Source: an uncultured Acidobacteriota bacterium
Lineage (GTDB): Bacteria > Acidobacteriota > UBA6911 > RPQK01 > JAPXNP01
Reading direction: 5' to 3'
Assembly: GCA_963777605.1 (NCBI GenBank)
Contig: CAVZRV010000007.1
Location: forward strand, 640,001 to 704,000
DNA length: 64,000 nt
Positions 10,060 to 18,270 of the stretch are shown one piece after another. Below the pieces are notes generated by a model, which ran no database searches, was not told where the DNA came from, and worked only from the letters and a program-made list of their open reading frames with translations. Position numbers and translations under genes: made by a program. Position 1 is the first letter of the stretch, and each line of letters begins with the position of its first letter.

Positions 10060-11487
10060 CTACCGGGACGGCCAGAACACCGCATGGAAACCCGGATGAG
10101 TCTTCTGCTCGAGCGGGAGGCGAACGACTGGGCCCTTTCCCAGTTCGAATGCAGGTACCAGAAGAAACGAGACTCGATCCGCTTGGGAATCATACTCCTG
10201 AATGATGATCATTCCTTCAGTTTCGTTTCCTGTTTTTCCAACGAAAACCGGCTCACCTCCGAAATAGCAGCCGGGAAGCGCCTTGTAAATCTCATCCACA
10301 GCGCCGGAAGCCCAGTCCCCGCGAACCAGTTGGTCGAAGAACTTCCGCCCGGGCGACCCGGCATCGGAAATCCCAAGCATCCAGAAGTTGTCATACTCGC
10401 CGCCCACTTGCGAGGGAATCACCGAGGGGAAGTCGGGAGAACGGTCGTAGGTCATTTCCCACCGCGCAACCAGTTCGCCCGTCGAAAGATCGATCACGTA
10501 TCGAACCGGGCGGCCGCGATCGATGTTCTGGTAGAACTCGGGCACCGGCTGGTACTCGGGATAGACGGGCCGTCGGTACTCGACAATGTCCAGGTAGAAG
10601 CGGTCGCCGGCCTCGAAAGCATTGATCAGGTGCAGGCAATGTCCGCCTTCCAGGTCAATCTTAATCGAATCACGGTCCCGTCCGATCCGGGGAACGATCA
10701 ATATGTAACTTCCCTTTTCCGGCCGCCACTCGAGCGCTTCCATGACCGAGGCGCCTTCGTTCCAAAACCGGCCGAAGTCCAGCTCGAGAGGACTGAGGAA
10801 GAAGGCCGCGTAGTTGGCCGTGATGGCAAAGTCATGATTGGTGTGAGGCGCCTCGACCGGGAATCTCCTGCGGCCAAGCAGCACTCCGTCAGGACTGAAC
10901 TCGTAGAGATACAAAACCGGGTGAGTCGTCGAGAAGCTGATCCCGAAGTTGAGCATGTTGCCGCTCGCGGGATCAAACTTCGCGTGTGCAGCAAACGGGC
11001 TGACGTCGTTCAACCGGCCCCCGAAATCAAACTCGGCACGCGTCTCGAGGCTCTCCGGATCGAGTTCATACGGAATCGACTGCTCGGCGAACGCGAGCAG
11101 TCGATCGCCCAGGGGATAGATGCTCACATTGACCGGGGGCTCGAGCATGACTTTCCGGCGAAGGACGTCGCCCTCAAACCCCGTGCCGAAGGTCCGATAA
11201 ATCGCTTTTCCGGCGGCTTCCTCCTCCCGGAGTTTCCGCGTCTTGACATATCGGCTGGTGAAGTGGACGCCACTCGAATCGAACCGCAGGGCGCGTACCA
11301 TCCCGTCTCCGTCGAGCCAATGGCGGTACTTCACTCCGCCACGCTGGAATCGAGCCGGCCCGTTTACGTAGTAGGTACCGCGCAGCCAGGTGGGGATTTG
11401 GCCCCCTTCCGGAACAATAGATTGCGCCGCTTCAGCCTCCTCAAACAGGATCCATGACTCGATGCCGGGGGCAAAGTCCGTCGTCAT
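10060..11487 (-). CDS. Carotenoid cleavage oxygenase family (RPE65 / lignostilbene dioxygenase-like)
   Basis: GxIPxWLRGTYYVNGP and HWLDGDGM motifs; four Fe-ligand His (AAHAK, TNHDF, CLHLINAFE, GFHA). Start taken at MTTDFAPG. Confidence 0.9.
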   Translation of the reverse strand: MTTDFAPGIESWILFEEAEAAQSIVPEGGQIPTWLRGTYYVNGPARFQRGGVKYRHWLDGDGMVRALRFDSSGVHFTSRYVKTRKLREEEAAGKAIYRTFGTGFEGDVLRRKVMLEPPVNVSIYPLGDRLLAFAEQSIPYELDPESLETRAEFDFGGRLNDVSPFAAHAKFDPASGNMLNFGISFSTTHPVLYLYEFSPDGVLLGRRRFPVEAPHTNHDFAITANYAAFFLSPLELDFGRFWNEGASVMEALEWRPEKGSYILIVPRIGRDRDSIKIDLEGGHCLHLINAFEAGDRFYLDIVEYRRPVYPEYQPVPEFYQNIDRGRPVRYVIDLSTGELVARWEMTYDRSPDFPSVIPSQVGGEYDNFWMLGISDAGSPGRKFFDQLVRGDWASGAVDEIYKALPGCYFGGEPVFVGKTGNETEGMIIIQEYDSQADRVSFLLVPAFELGKGPVVRLPLEQKTHPGFHAVFWPSR

Positions 11488-11644
11488 CACCTTAATGTCC
11501 TTTCCTGGGAAAAACGAAGATGCATATTTATATTCATAATCACCCCCTGGATTCAACAAATTCCGCAAGGTTCGACCGGCTCACCTTTACAGATGAGCGC
11601 TTCAACCGTTTCACAATTCGGGCGGAAGGGGACAGAATGGTTGC

Positions 11645-12040
11645 ATGAAGACTGAATTGGGCATCTCGACGCAGCGACGCATCCAACTGAAGAGCATCAC
11701 TCGACAAGTCCAGGAAGAAGTTGACAAGACGGGCATTCAGAACGGGGTCTGCGTGGTCTTCAATCCGCACACTACAGGAGGGCTTGTGATCAATGAGAAT
11801 GCCGACCCGGATGTCGCCACGGACCTCGAACGGGCGTTCGAGGAAATGGTTCCGTCGGTCCCGTTTCGACACGCAGAGGGCAACTCTCCAGCGCACTTGC
11901 TGTCTTGCGTTGCCGGGCATTCACTGCAGATTGTCGTCGAAGGGGGCCAGCTTCAACTGGGAACGTGGCAGGGCGTCTACTTCTGCGAATTCGACGGTCC
12001 CCGCCACCGCAAAGTCTGGATCAAAGTGCTCGCCGACTGA
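11645..12040 (+). CDS. yjbQ: YjbQ family (secondary thiamine-phosphate synthase, UPF0047)
   Basis: HTTGGLVINENADPDV, HAEGNSPAH and LGTWQGVYFCEFDGPR motifs. Confidence 0.92.
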   Translation: MKTELGISTQRRIQLKSITRQVQEEVDKTGIQNGVCVVFNPHTTGGLVINENADPDVATDLERAFEEMVPSVPFRHAEGNSPAHLLSCVAGHSLQIVVEGGQLQLGTWQGVYFCEFDGPRHRKVWIKVLAD

Positions 12041-12043
12041 GGC

Positions 12044-13045
12044 TCAGTCGTGCTGAAATGCCGCATCGAACGCCAAACCCGAGGGTTTGAAATCCATCCT
12101 TTTGACGAACGCGGCTGCTTCGGTTGCTCCGTGCTCCCGGTCCATGTTGGCATCTTCCCACTCGACTGACAGCGGGCCGTCATAGCCGATTTCGTTGAGA
12201 GTACGGATGATCTCCTCGAACTGTATCTTGCCCCGCCCCAGGGAACGGAAATCCCAGAACCGGTCGGGGTGTCCGAAATCCATGTGACCTCCAAACACGC
12301 CGGCGCGGGTGGGGCGATCGGACCAATAGACATCCTTCATGTGCGTGTGGAATATCCGATCCCTGAAAGTTCTCAAAAACGCGATATAGTCGACTCCCTG
12401 GTAGCCGAAATGACTCGGATCGTAGTTGAACCCGAACGCCGGATGATTCTCGACCGCCGCCAGTGCCCGTTCCGCGGAGGAGATGTCGAAGGCAATTTCG
12501 GTGGGGTGCACTTCCAGTCCAAACTTGATCCCAAACTTGTTGAAGACTTCCAGGATGGGGAGAAACCTGCGGCCAAAATCGGCGAAGCCCTCCCGGATCT
12601 TCTGAGGGGACACGGGGGGGAAGGAATAGAGGTAGGGCCAGATAGAGCTCCCGGTGAAACCATTGACTATTGAGACTCCGAAGGCAGCGGCAGCCTCCGC
12701 CGTTCGCATCAACTCCTCGGCGGCTCGACTCCTCACCCCTTCCGGGTCGCCGTCGCCCCAGACATGTTCAGGAACGATCGCCTGGTGGCGCTCGTCGATC
12801 TGATCGCAAACCGCCTGTCCCACCAGGTGGTTGCTGAGGGCAAAGCACTTCAGTCCGTGCTCGTTGAGGACTTCCCACTTTCGATGACAATAGTCGGGAT
12901 CTTTCAGTGCTTTCGAGACTTCAAAATGGTCTCCCCAGCAGGCCAGTTCCACTCCGTCATATCCGAAGGCTTTGGCTTTCTCGCAGATGGTCTCGAATTT
13001 CAAGTCGGCCCACTGTCCCGTAAAGAGCGTTACCGGTCTGGACAT
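12044..13045 (-). CDS. Sugar phosphate isomerase/epimerase (xylose isomerase-like TIM barrel)
   Basis: [43 protein letters not shown]; GGAGG RBS. Confidence 0.9.
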   Translation of the reverse strand: MSRPVTLFTGQWADLKFETICEKAKAFGYDGVELACWGDHFEVSKALKDPDYCHRKWEVLNEHGLKCFALSNHLVGQAVCDQIDERHQAIVPEHVWGDGDPEGVRSRAAEELMRTAEAAAAFGVSIVNGFTGSSIWPYLYSFPPVSPQKIREGFADFGRRFLPILEVFNKFGIKFGLEVHPTEIAFDISSAERALAAVENHPAFGFNYDPSHFGYQGVDYIAFLRTFRDRIFHTHMKDVYWSDRPTRAGVFGGHMDFGHPDRFWDFRSLGRGKIQFEEIIRTLNEIGYDGPLSVEWEDANMDREHGATEAAAFVKRMDFKPSGLAFDAAFQHD

Positions 13046-13101
13046 TCCTTCCTCCTTTGACTTCCTGCAGAGGCATCTTCCCCGAGAGGAGCCTCTCCCC
13101 A

Positions 13102-13911
13102 CTACATCATCAATTGTTCGAACAGCTCGTCCGGCTCGTAGCGAAGCCCAATGTAAAACAACCCGAACTCCGCGAACCGGGCGCTCGCTTCGTCGTACCG
13201 CATCTCGTAAAGCAGTTTCTTGAAGAAATAAGGGTCATCGGCAAAAAGGGTGACGCCCCACTCCCAGTCATCGAGGCCGATCGAACCGGTCACCAGCTGC
13301 CGCACGGTAGCGTGAAACCGCCGACCGGTGATGGCGTGCCCGGCCATGAATTCCTTCCGGGCATCGAAATCGAGGAGGTACCAGTTCTCCCGGTCTCCCC
13401 GCTGCTTGTTCATGGGGTAGAAGCAGAAAACCCGGTGATCGGGCAGCTTTGGGTAGAGGCGATCATTAATGTAGACCTGCATGCGCGCCTTGAAGTCGCC
13501 CATCTTCTGCTGATAGAGGGCAGAGTCCGGCTCGAGACCTTCCTTCTCGCGCAAGGTCCGATCGTAGTCCTTGTCCTGGGACATGTATTCGGAAATTTCG
13601 CTGACCGAGATGAACGAATCAACCCGCCGGAGCACTCCCGCTCCCAGAGCCGAAGCCAGTTCGTACTCGGTCCGGTTGAGATGCCTGAGATCGGGATCCA
13701 CCAGCATCACCGCAAGATCGGCCTTGAGGCCCCAGATCGAGTAGACGTTGGCCTGGCAATTCTGACCGGCGCGAAACGAATCGATCAACTCGCGGAACTT
13801 CGCCTTTCGCTCGCCTTGTTCCTCGCTGCCGAGCGAGTCCCAAAGCAAGCGGTCAACTTCAAAAAACAGGTGAGATACAAACCATCCTTCGTGAGCATTT
13901 ATGGGATCCAT
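13102..13911 (-). CDS. hemQ: Coproheme decarboxylase (ChdC/HemQ, chlorite dismutase family)
   Basis: YPMNK, WYxL, proximal His (HAITGR), [20 protein letters not shown] and [15 protein letters not shown] motifs. Confidence 0.85.
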   Translation of the reverse strand: MDPINAHEGWFVSHLFFEVDRLLWDSLGSEEQGERKAKFRELIDSFRAGQNCQANVYSIWGLKADLAVMLVDPDLRHLNRTEYELASALGAGVLRRVDSFISVSEISEYMSQDKDYDRTLREKEGLEPDSALYQQKMGDFKARMQVYINDRLYPKLPDHRVFCFYPMNKQRGDRENWYLLDFDARKEFMAGHAITGRRFHATVRQLVTGSIGLDDWEWGVTLFADDPYFFKKLLYEMRYDEASARFAEFGLFYIGLRYEPDELFEQLMM

Positions 13912-13995
13912 ATTAGGGCTACTATAGGCCAGGAGCCCAGGGCAAGGCAAAGTCCCCGGGCTCAGAAGAACCGGGAAAAAGGGTATGATGTTTTC

Positions 13996-15051
13996 ATGAA
14001 TTTTCGCTGGTCATTGCTCTTTCTGGCGATGGGTCTGTTCCAGTTGACGGTCTGTGCTGCTGAGAAGGAAAAGCCTGCCGCCACGGCGCGCGGAATCGAA
14101 ATTGACTGGGATGCCCTCAACCTTGCCGTGCAGCCCGATCTGGAAAAGCTCGAACTCGAACGGCTTCGATTCGATGCCGAGTTGAAGAAGAAAAGGCAGG
14201 ACCTGATCGAAGGCAAGTTGAAGGAACTCATGGGACAGAAGGTTCTGGAAGCGGAAGCGGCCGCACAGAACACCACCACCGCCGAACTCGCCAAGAAGGC
14301 GGGCGAGGATGTGGAAGCCCCGACGGCGGAAGAGATCGACCGGGTCTACGAGGCTAATAAGGACCGGTTCAAACAGCCTCGAGAGGAGATCCTGCCCAGA
14401 ATTGAAACATTCCTTCGACAGCAGAAATCCCGACAGGCTTTTGTGGCCTACATGCAGAAGCTCACGGAAGAGTACGGGGCCAAGTACAACATTGAGCCGC
14501 TTCGGTTTGAGATCGCGACTGAGGGATTCCCGACCATTGGCGACGACTCGGCGCCCGTGACGATCGTCGAATTCTCTGATTTCCAATGCCCCTACTGCGC
14601 CCAAGTTGGACCAACCCTCAAGAAAATCACCGAAGACTACAGTGGCAAGGTCAGACTTATCTTCAGGCAGTTCCCTCTCACCAATATCCACAAGCAAGCC
14701 GAGACCGCGGCCGAGGCCAGCCTCTGTGCTGCCGATCAGGGCAAGTTCTGGGAAATGCACGACGCCATGTTCGCCGACCAGAAGAGCCTCACCGAAGACC
14801 TGCTCAAGGAGAAAGCGACCGAACTCGGGCTCGATGATGAGGCGTTCAACAGCTGCATGGACTCCAAGAACCACCTCAAGGCAATCGAAGCCGATGTTCG
14901 AGCCGGAGTTGAAGTAGGGGTCACCGGCACACCCGCGTTCTTCATCAACGGCCGACCGCTGAGCGGAGCCCAGACCTACGAGAAGATCGCCGAGGTCATC
15001 GACGAGGAACTGACCACTACCGCGGCCGGTCAGCAAGCCCAGGTCCACTGA
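13996..15051 (+). CDS. DsbA-family thioredoxin-fold protein with N-terminal helical domain
   Basis: Signal peptide MNFRWSLLFLAMGLF; EFSDFQCPYC, FRQFPL, GVTGTPAFFING. The ORF-track extension to 13057 is an antisense shadow of hemQ. Confidence 0.88.
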   Translation: MNFRWSLLFLAMGLFQLTVCAAEKEKPAATARGIEIDWDALNLAVQPDLEKLELERLRFDAELKKKRQDLIEGKLKELMGQKVLEAEAAAQNTTTAELAKKAGEDVEAPTAEEIDRVYEANKDRFKQPREEILPRIETFLRQQKSRQAFVAYMQKLTEEYGAKYNIEPLRFEIATEGFPTIGDDSAPVTIVEFSDFQCPYCAQVGPTLKKITEDYSGKVRLIFRQFPLTNIHKQAETAAEASLCAADQGKFWEMHDAMFADQKSLTEDLLKEKATELGLDDEAFNSCMDSKNHLKAIEADVRAGVEVGVTGTPAFFINGRPLSGAQTYEKIAEVIDEELTTTAAGQQAQVH

Positions 15052-15057
15052 GCCCTT

Positions 15058-16524
15058 CTAGGGCTGCCGTTCGAGGAACTGGGCGGATTCCCGGCGGATG
15101 ATCTCCCAGGCCTTGACGATGTGAGCCCGCGTCGTCTTGATGTTCCCGATGGCGAGACGAATGGTGAACTTCCCCCGCAAGCGCGTGTGCGAAACGAAAA
15201 TCTCCCCGTCCCGGTTGATTGCCTCGATGAGGGATTCGTTGAAACGGTCGATCGCCTCGGGCGACTGGCGCTCGAGGGCTCGGGGAACGGCCCGGAAACA
15301 GACCGTGCTGAAGGGAACCGGCGCCAGTCGCTCGAAGTCCGGGTCTTCGTCAATCCACTCGGCCAGCTCCTTTGCCCAGGAAACGTGTTCCCGGATTCTG
15401 GCCGCAATCCCCTCCACTCCAAAGTAACGAATGACCATCCACAATTTAAGGGCTCGAAATCGGCGTCCCAGCTGGATCCCATAGTCCATGAAATTGGTGG
15501 CCGCTTCACTACTCTTCAGGTATTCCGGAACCAGGGAGAATGCCTCTCTCAAAACTTCGGGTCGCCGGCAAAAGAAGACGCTGCAGTCGATCGGCGTGAA
15601 AAGCCACTTGTGGGGATTCACCACGATCGAATCCGCATCCTCACAGCCACGCAAGACCCACCTCAACTCCGGGACCACGGCGGCCGGACCGCCATATGCT
15701 CCATCGACGTGGAGCCACAATCCAAAGCGCCGGCAGATCGGGGCGATCTTGTCAACGGGATCCACACTCGTGGTGGATGTCGTCCCCACCGTCGCGGTCA
15801 CGCAGAAAGGCAGCCATCCGTCCCTGAGATCTTCTTCAATTGCGGACTCCAGAAGATCCGGCCGCATCCGAAATTCGTCATCGACGCCAACCTTCCGGAC
15901 TCCCTCCAGGCCGATTCCGAGTGCCAGGGCCGCCTTTTCCACTGACGAGTGCGCCTGCTCCGAGGCGTATGCCCTGAGCCGCGTCTGCATCCCGCAGAGA
16001 CCTTTCTTTCTGGAATCCCAGCTTTCAATCGCCTGGCGCGCTGCCGCCAGCGCATGAAACGTTGAGATCGACGCGGTGTCGTAAATGATTCCCCAGAACT
16101 GCTCCGGCAGTCCCAGCATCTGCCTGAGCCAGTCCAGAACAGCTTCCTCCAGTTCGGTGGCCGCCGGCGAGGTCCTCCAGAGCATGCCGTTGACGTTGAG
16201 GGCCGCGCTGATCAACTCCCCGAGGATTCCCGGGCCGGAACCGGAGATCGAAAAATAGGCGTGGAAGGAAGGATGATTCCAGTGCGTGATGCCGGGCAGG
16301 ATTACCCGTTCCACGTCGTCCAGAATCCGGTCCATCGGCTCCGCCTCGGCTGGAGGAGCACCAGGAATCTTCTGCCGGATGTCCCCTGGATTGCAACGGG
16401 ACAGCACCGGGTAGCGCTCCATTCCGCTGAGGTAGTCCGCGACCCAATCGATGATCTGATGGCCCGAACGCCGAAACTCCTCGGCACTCATGTCCCCGAG
16501 CCTGGTTCCTTGCTGTTGGCTCAT
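15058..16524 (-). CDS. Group II PLP-dependent aromatic L-amino acid decarboxylase
   Basis: PGITHWNHPSFHAYF, SPAATELE, HSSVEKA, HVDGAYG, NPHKW (PLP lysine), LGRRFRALKLW. Confidence 0.92.
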   Translation of the reverse strand: MSQQQGTRLGDMSAEEFRRSGHQIIDWVADYLSGMERYPVLSRCNPGDIRQKIPGAPPAEAEPMDRILDDVERVILPGITHWNHPSFHAYFSISGSGPGILGELISAALNVNGMLWRTSPAATELEEAVLDWLRQMLGLPEQFWGIIYDTASISTFHALAAARQAIESWDSRKKGLCGMQTRLRAYASEQAHSSVEKAALALGIGLEGVRKVGVDDEFRMRPDLLESAIEEDLRDGWLPFCVTATVGTTSTTSVDPVDKIAPICRRFGLWLHVDGAYGGPAAVVPELRWVLRGCEDADSIVVNPHKWLFTPIDCSVFFCRRPEVLREAFSLVPEYLKSSEAATNFMDYGIQLGRRFRALKLWMVIRYFGVEGIAARIREHVSWAKELAEWIDEDPDFERLAPVPFSTVCFRAVPRALERQSPEAIDRFNESLIEAINRDGEIFVSHTRLRGKFTIRLAIGNIKTTRAHIVKAWEIIRRESAQFLERQP

Positions 16525-16558
16525 CGCAGCTCCGCTCCCCGGTTGATCAAACCCCGCT

Positions 16559-17041
16559 TCAGCCAACAAGGCTCTCGTAACCGAGCATTTTGCGCAGATA
16601 GCCCATTTGGCCAATGTGGTAGCTCTCGTGGTAAACAAAAAACGCCAGGGCCCCGCGGACCGACTTGTCCTCGACCGGAAAGGTGTGCGGCGACCTGGCA
16701 TACAGCAACGATGGTTCCACCTGGCTCAACTGCTCCTGAAGTCGCTTGCTCACCTCGTCCCACACCGAAAGGATTTCACTGATTGCCGGATAGGACGACG
16801 GCTCCTTGATCGCGGCGCCTTTCGCAAAATTGTCGGACCAGGGAAAATCAAAGTCTCTCCCGGCGAGCTTCAGCATGCGGGCACGCGAAAGTGTGAGGTG
16901 GCCGGCAATCCAAAGCATCGAACTGGAGTCGGGGCCGCCCCTCCGGTTGAGCTCTTCAAGGCTGAGACCGCTCACGGCGTCCTTCATAAGATGATCGCCT
17001 ACCTGTAAATGATTGGACACTATGCTCAGGACTGGATCCAT
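16559..17041 (-). CDS. DinB family protein
   Basis: 160 aa; WIAGHL and HESYHIGQ three-His metal motif. Confidence 0.85.
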   Translation of the reverse strand: MDPVLSIVSNHLQVGDHLMKDAVSGLSLEELNRRGGPDSSSMLWIAGHLTLSRARMLKLAGRDFDFPWSDNFAKGAAIKEPSSYPAISEILSVWDEVSKRLQEQLSQVEPSLLYARSPHTFPVEDKSVRGALAFFVYHESYHIGQMGYLRKMLGYESLVG

Positions 17042-17230
17042 CGTAGTTCTCCCGGAAGTTCCGCGTTTCCAAACGCCTACACTCTATCAGCGATGGTCCC
17101 GGACACTCAAACCGGCCTGCTGCCTTCTCCGGCGGCTTGCCCGGGGATTGCCCCTCCTGTAAGATTGAACCGCTAACATATTGATAACACACAAGAAACA
17201 TGCTCACTCAGAAAGATCGGGGACACTGCA

Positions 17231-18175
17231 ATGAAGGTGAATGCTGCCGTCGACGTTGGGGGTCACAATATCCGTTGCTGGATTGCTGATGAGTCGGGAA
17301 CAGTTCTTTCGAAACACACCGAAGCTACTGCCCGAGAAGCGGCATCTGCCGAGGAGAATCTCGCCACTGTGACTCAAATTGTCACGAGCCTCGGGCAATC
17401 GATTCCGGGGAGTGAACTGAGGTGTGTTTCCCTGGGAATCCCCGGGGTCGTCGACACGGACACGGGCGTTGTCGTGCTGGTTCCCAACGTCCCCCACTGG
17501 TCCGGCTTGAACATCCGGGAAATCCTCCAGGATCGTTTCAACACTCCCGTTCTTCTGGACAATGACGTCAACCTGGCAGCACAGGGAGAGTACTGGAAGG
17601 GAGCGGCCGAGGGCTGCCGCAATTTCCTGTTCATTGCCCTGGGAACCGGGATCGGAGGTGGGGTCTTCGTGGACGGCAAACCCTATCACGGGACTCACTT
17701 CTCCGCCGGCGAAATCGGCTACCTCGCCCTGGCACCCGGACAGCCCGATCGACGCATTGGAGACCTGGGCTGGTTCGAATCCGTGGCTTCGGGCATGGCA
17801 GTTGACATCGCAGGGACCCGGTCGGCCGAGGTCCAACCGGACTCCCGCCTCGGCCGGCTGGCCGCTGAAGGAACTGAAATCAAGTCGATTCAGGTATTTG
17901 AAGCTGCTCGCGAAGGCGACGCCGAGGCTCTTCGGATCGTGGATGATGTCAGTGAGTACATCGCGCTCGCGGTCGTCAACGCGACTGCCCTGCTTGATCC
18001 CGAAATCATCGTCTTTGGCGGAGGCATGGGCAAACAAGGCGACTTCCTCCTGGATCGGGTGCGCACCGAGGCAGAGCGCTACGGGCTTCCGGTCCCGCCT
18101 CTGCGGGTCAGCCAACTCGGCGAGCAGTCGCAACTCTACGGGGCGCTGCACGCGGCGCTCACGTTGAACCGGTGA
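17231..18175 (+). CDS. ROK family sugar kinase
   Basis: VDVGG, GIPGVVD, DNDVNLAAQGE, LGTGIGGG, AGEIG; lacks the CxCGxxGC zinc motif. Confidence 0.88.
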   Translation: MKVNAAVDVGGHNIRCWIADESGTVLSKHTEATAREAASAEENLATVTQIVTSLGQSIPGSELRCVSLGIPGVVDTDTGVVVLVPNVPHWSGLNIREILQDRFNTPVLLDNDVNLAAQGEYWKGAAEGCRNFLFIALGTGIGGGVFVDGKPYHGTHFSAGEIGYLALAPGQPDRRIGDLGWFESVASGMAVDIAGTRSAEVQPDSRLGRLAAEGTEIKSIQVFEAAREGDAEALRIVDDVSEYIALAVVNATALLDPEIIVFGGGMGKQGDFLLDRVRTEAERYGLPVPPLRVSQLGEQSQLYGALHAALTLNR

Positions 18176-18270
18176 ACCCCGGGATGACCTGCCCGTGCCT
18201 GGCGAACGATTGGATGCGATAATCTACTAGGTCAGATGTGGAATGCACCCACCCCGGAAGAGGTCCAATC

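Noticed and set aside
2014-11457. Long plus-strand ORFs (2014-3144, 3490-4701, 8277-9701, 9982-11457)
   Set aside because: Antisense shadows of clear minus-strand genes; Val/Arg-rich with no motifs, as expected from high-GC3 codon bias.
13057-13995. Apparent 664-aa DsbA fusion
   Set aside because: The first ~313 aa are antisense to hemQ; a signal peptide begins at ATG 13996.
17081-17099. tetO-like ACTCTATCAGCGATGGT in the DinB/ROK spacer
   Set aside because: The right half is not palindromic and no TetR gene is nearby; likely chance.
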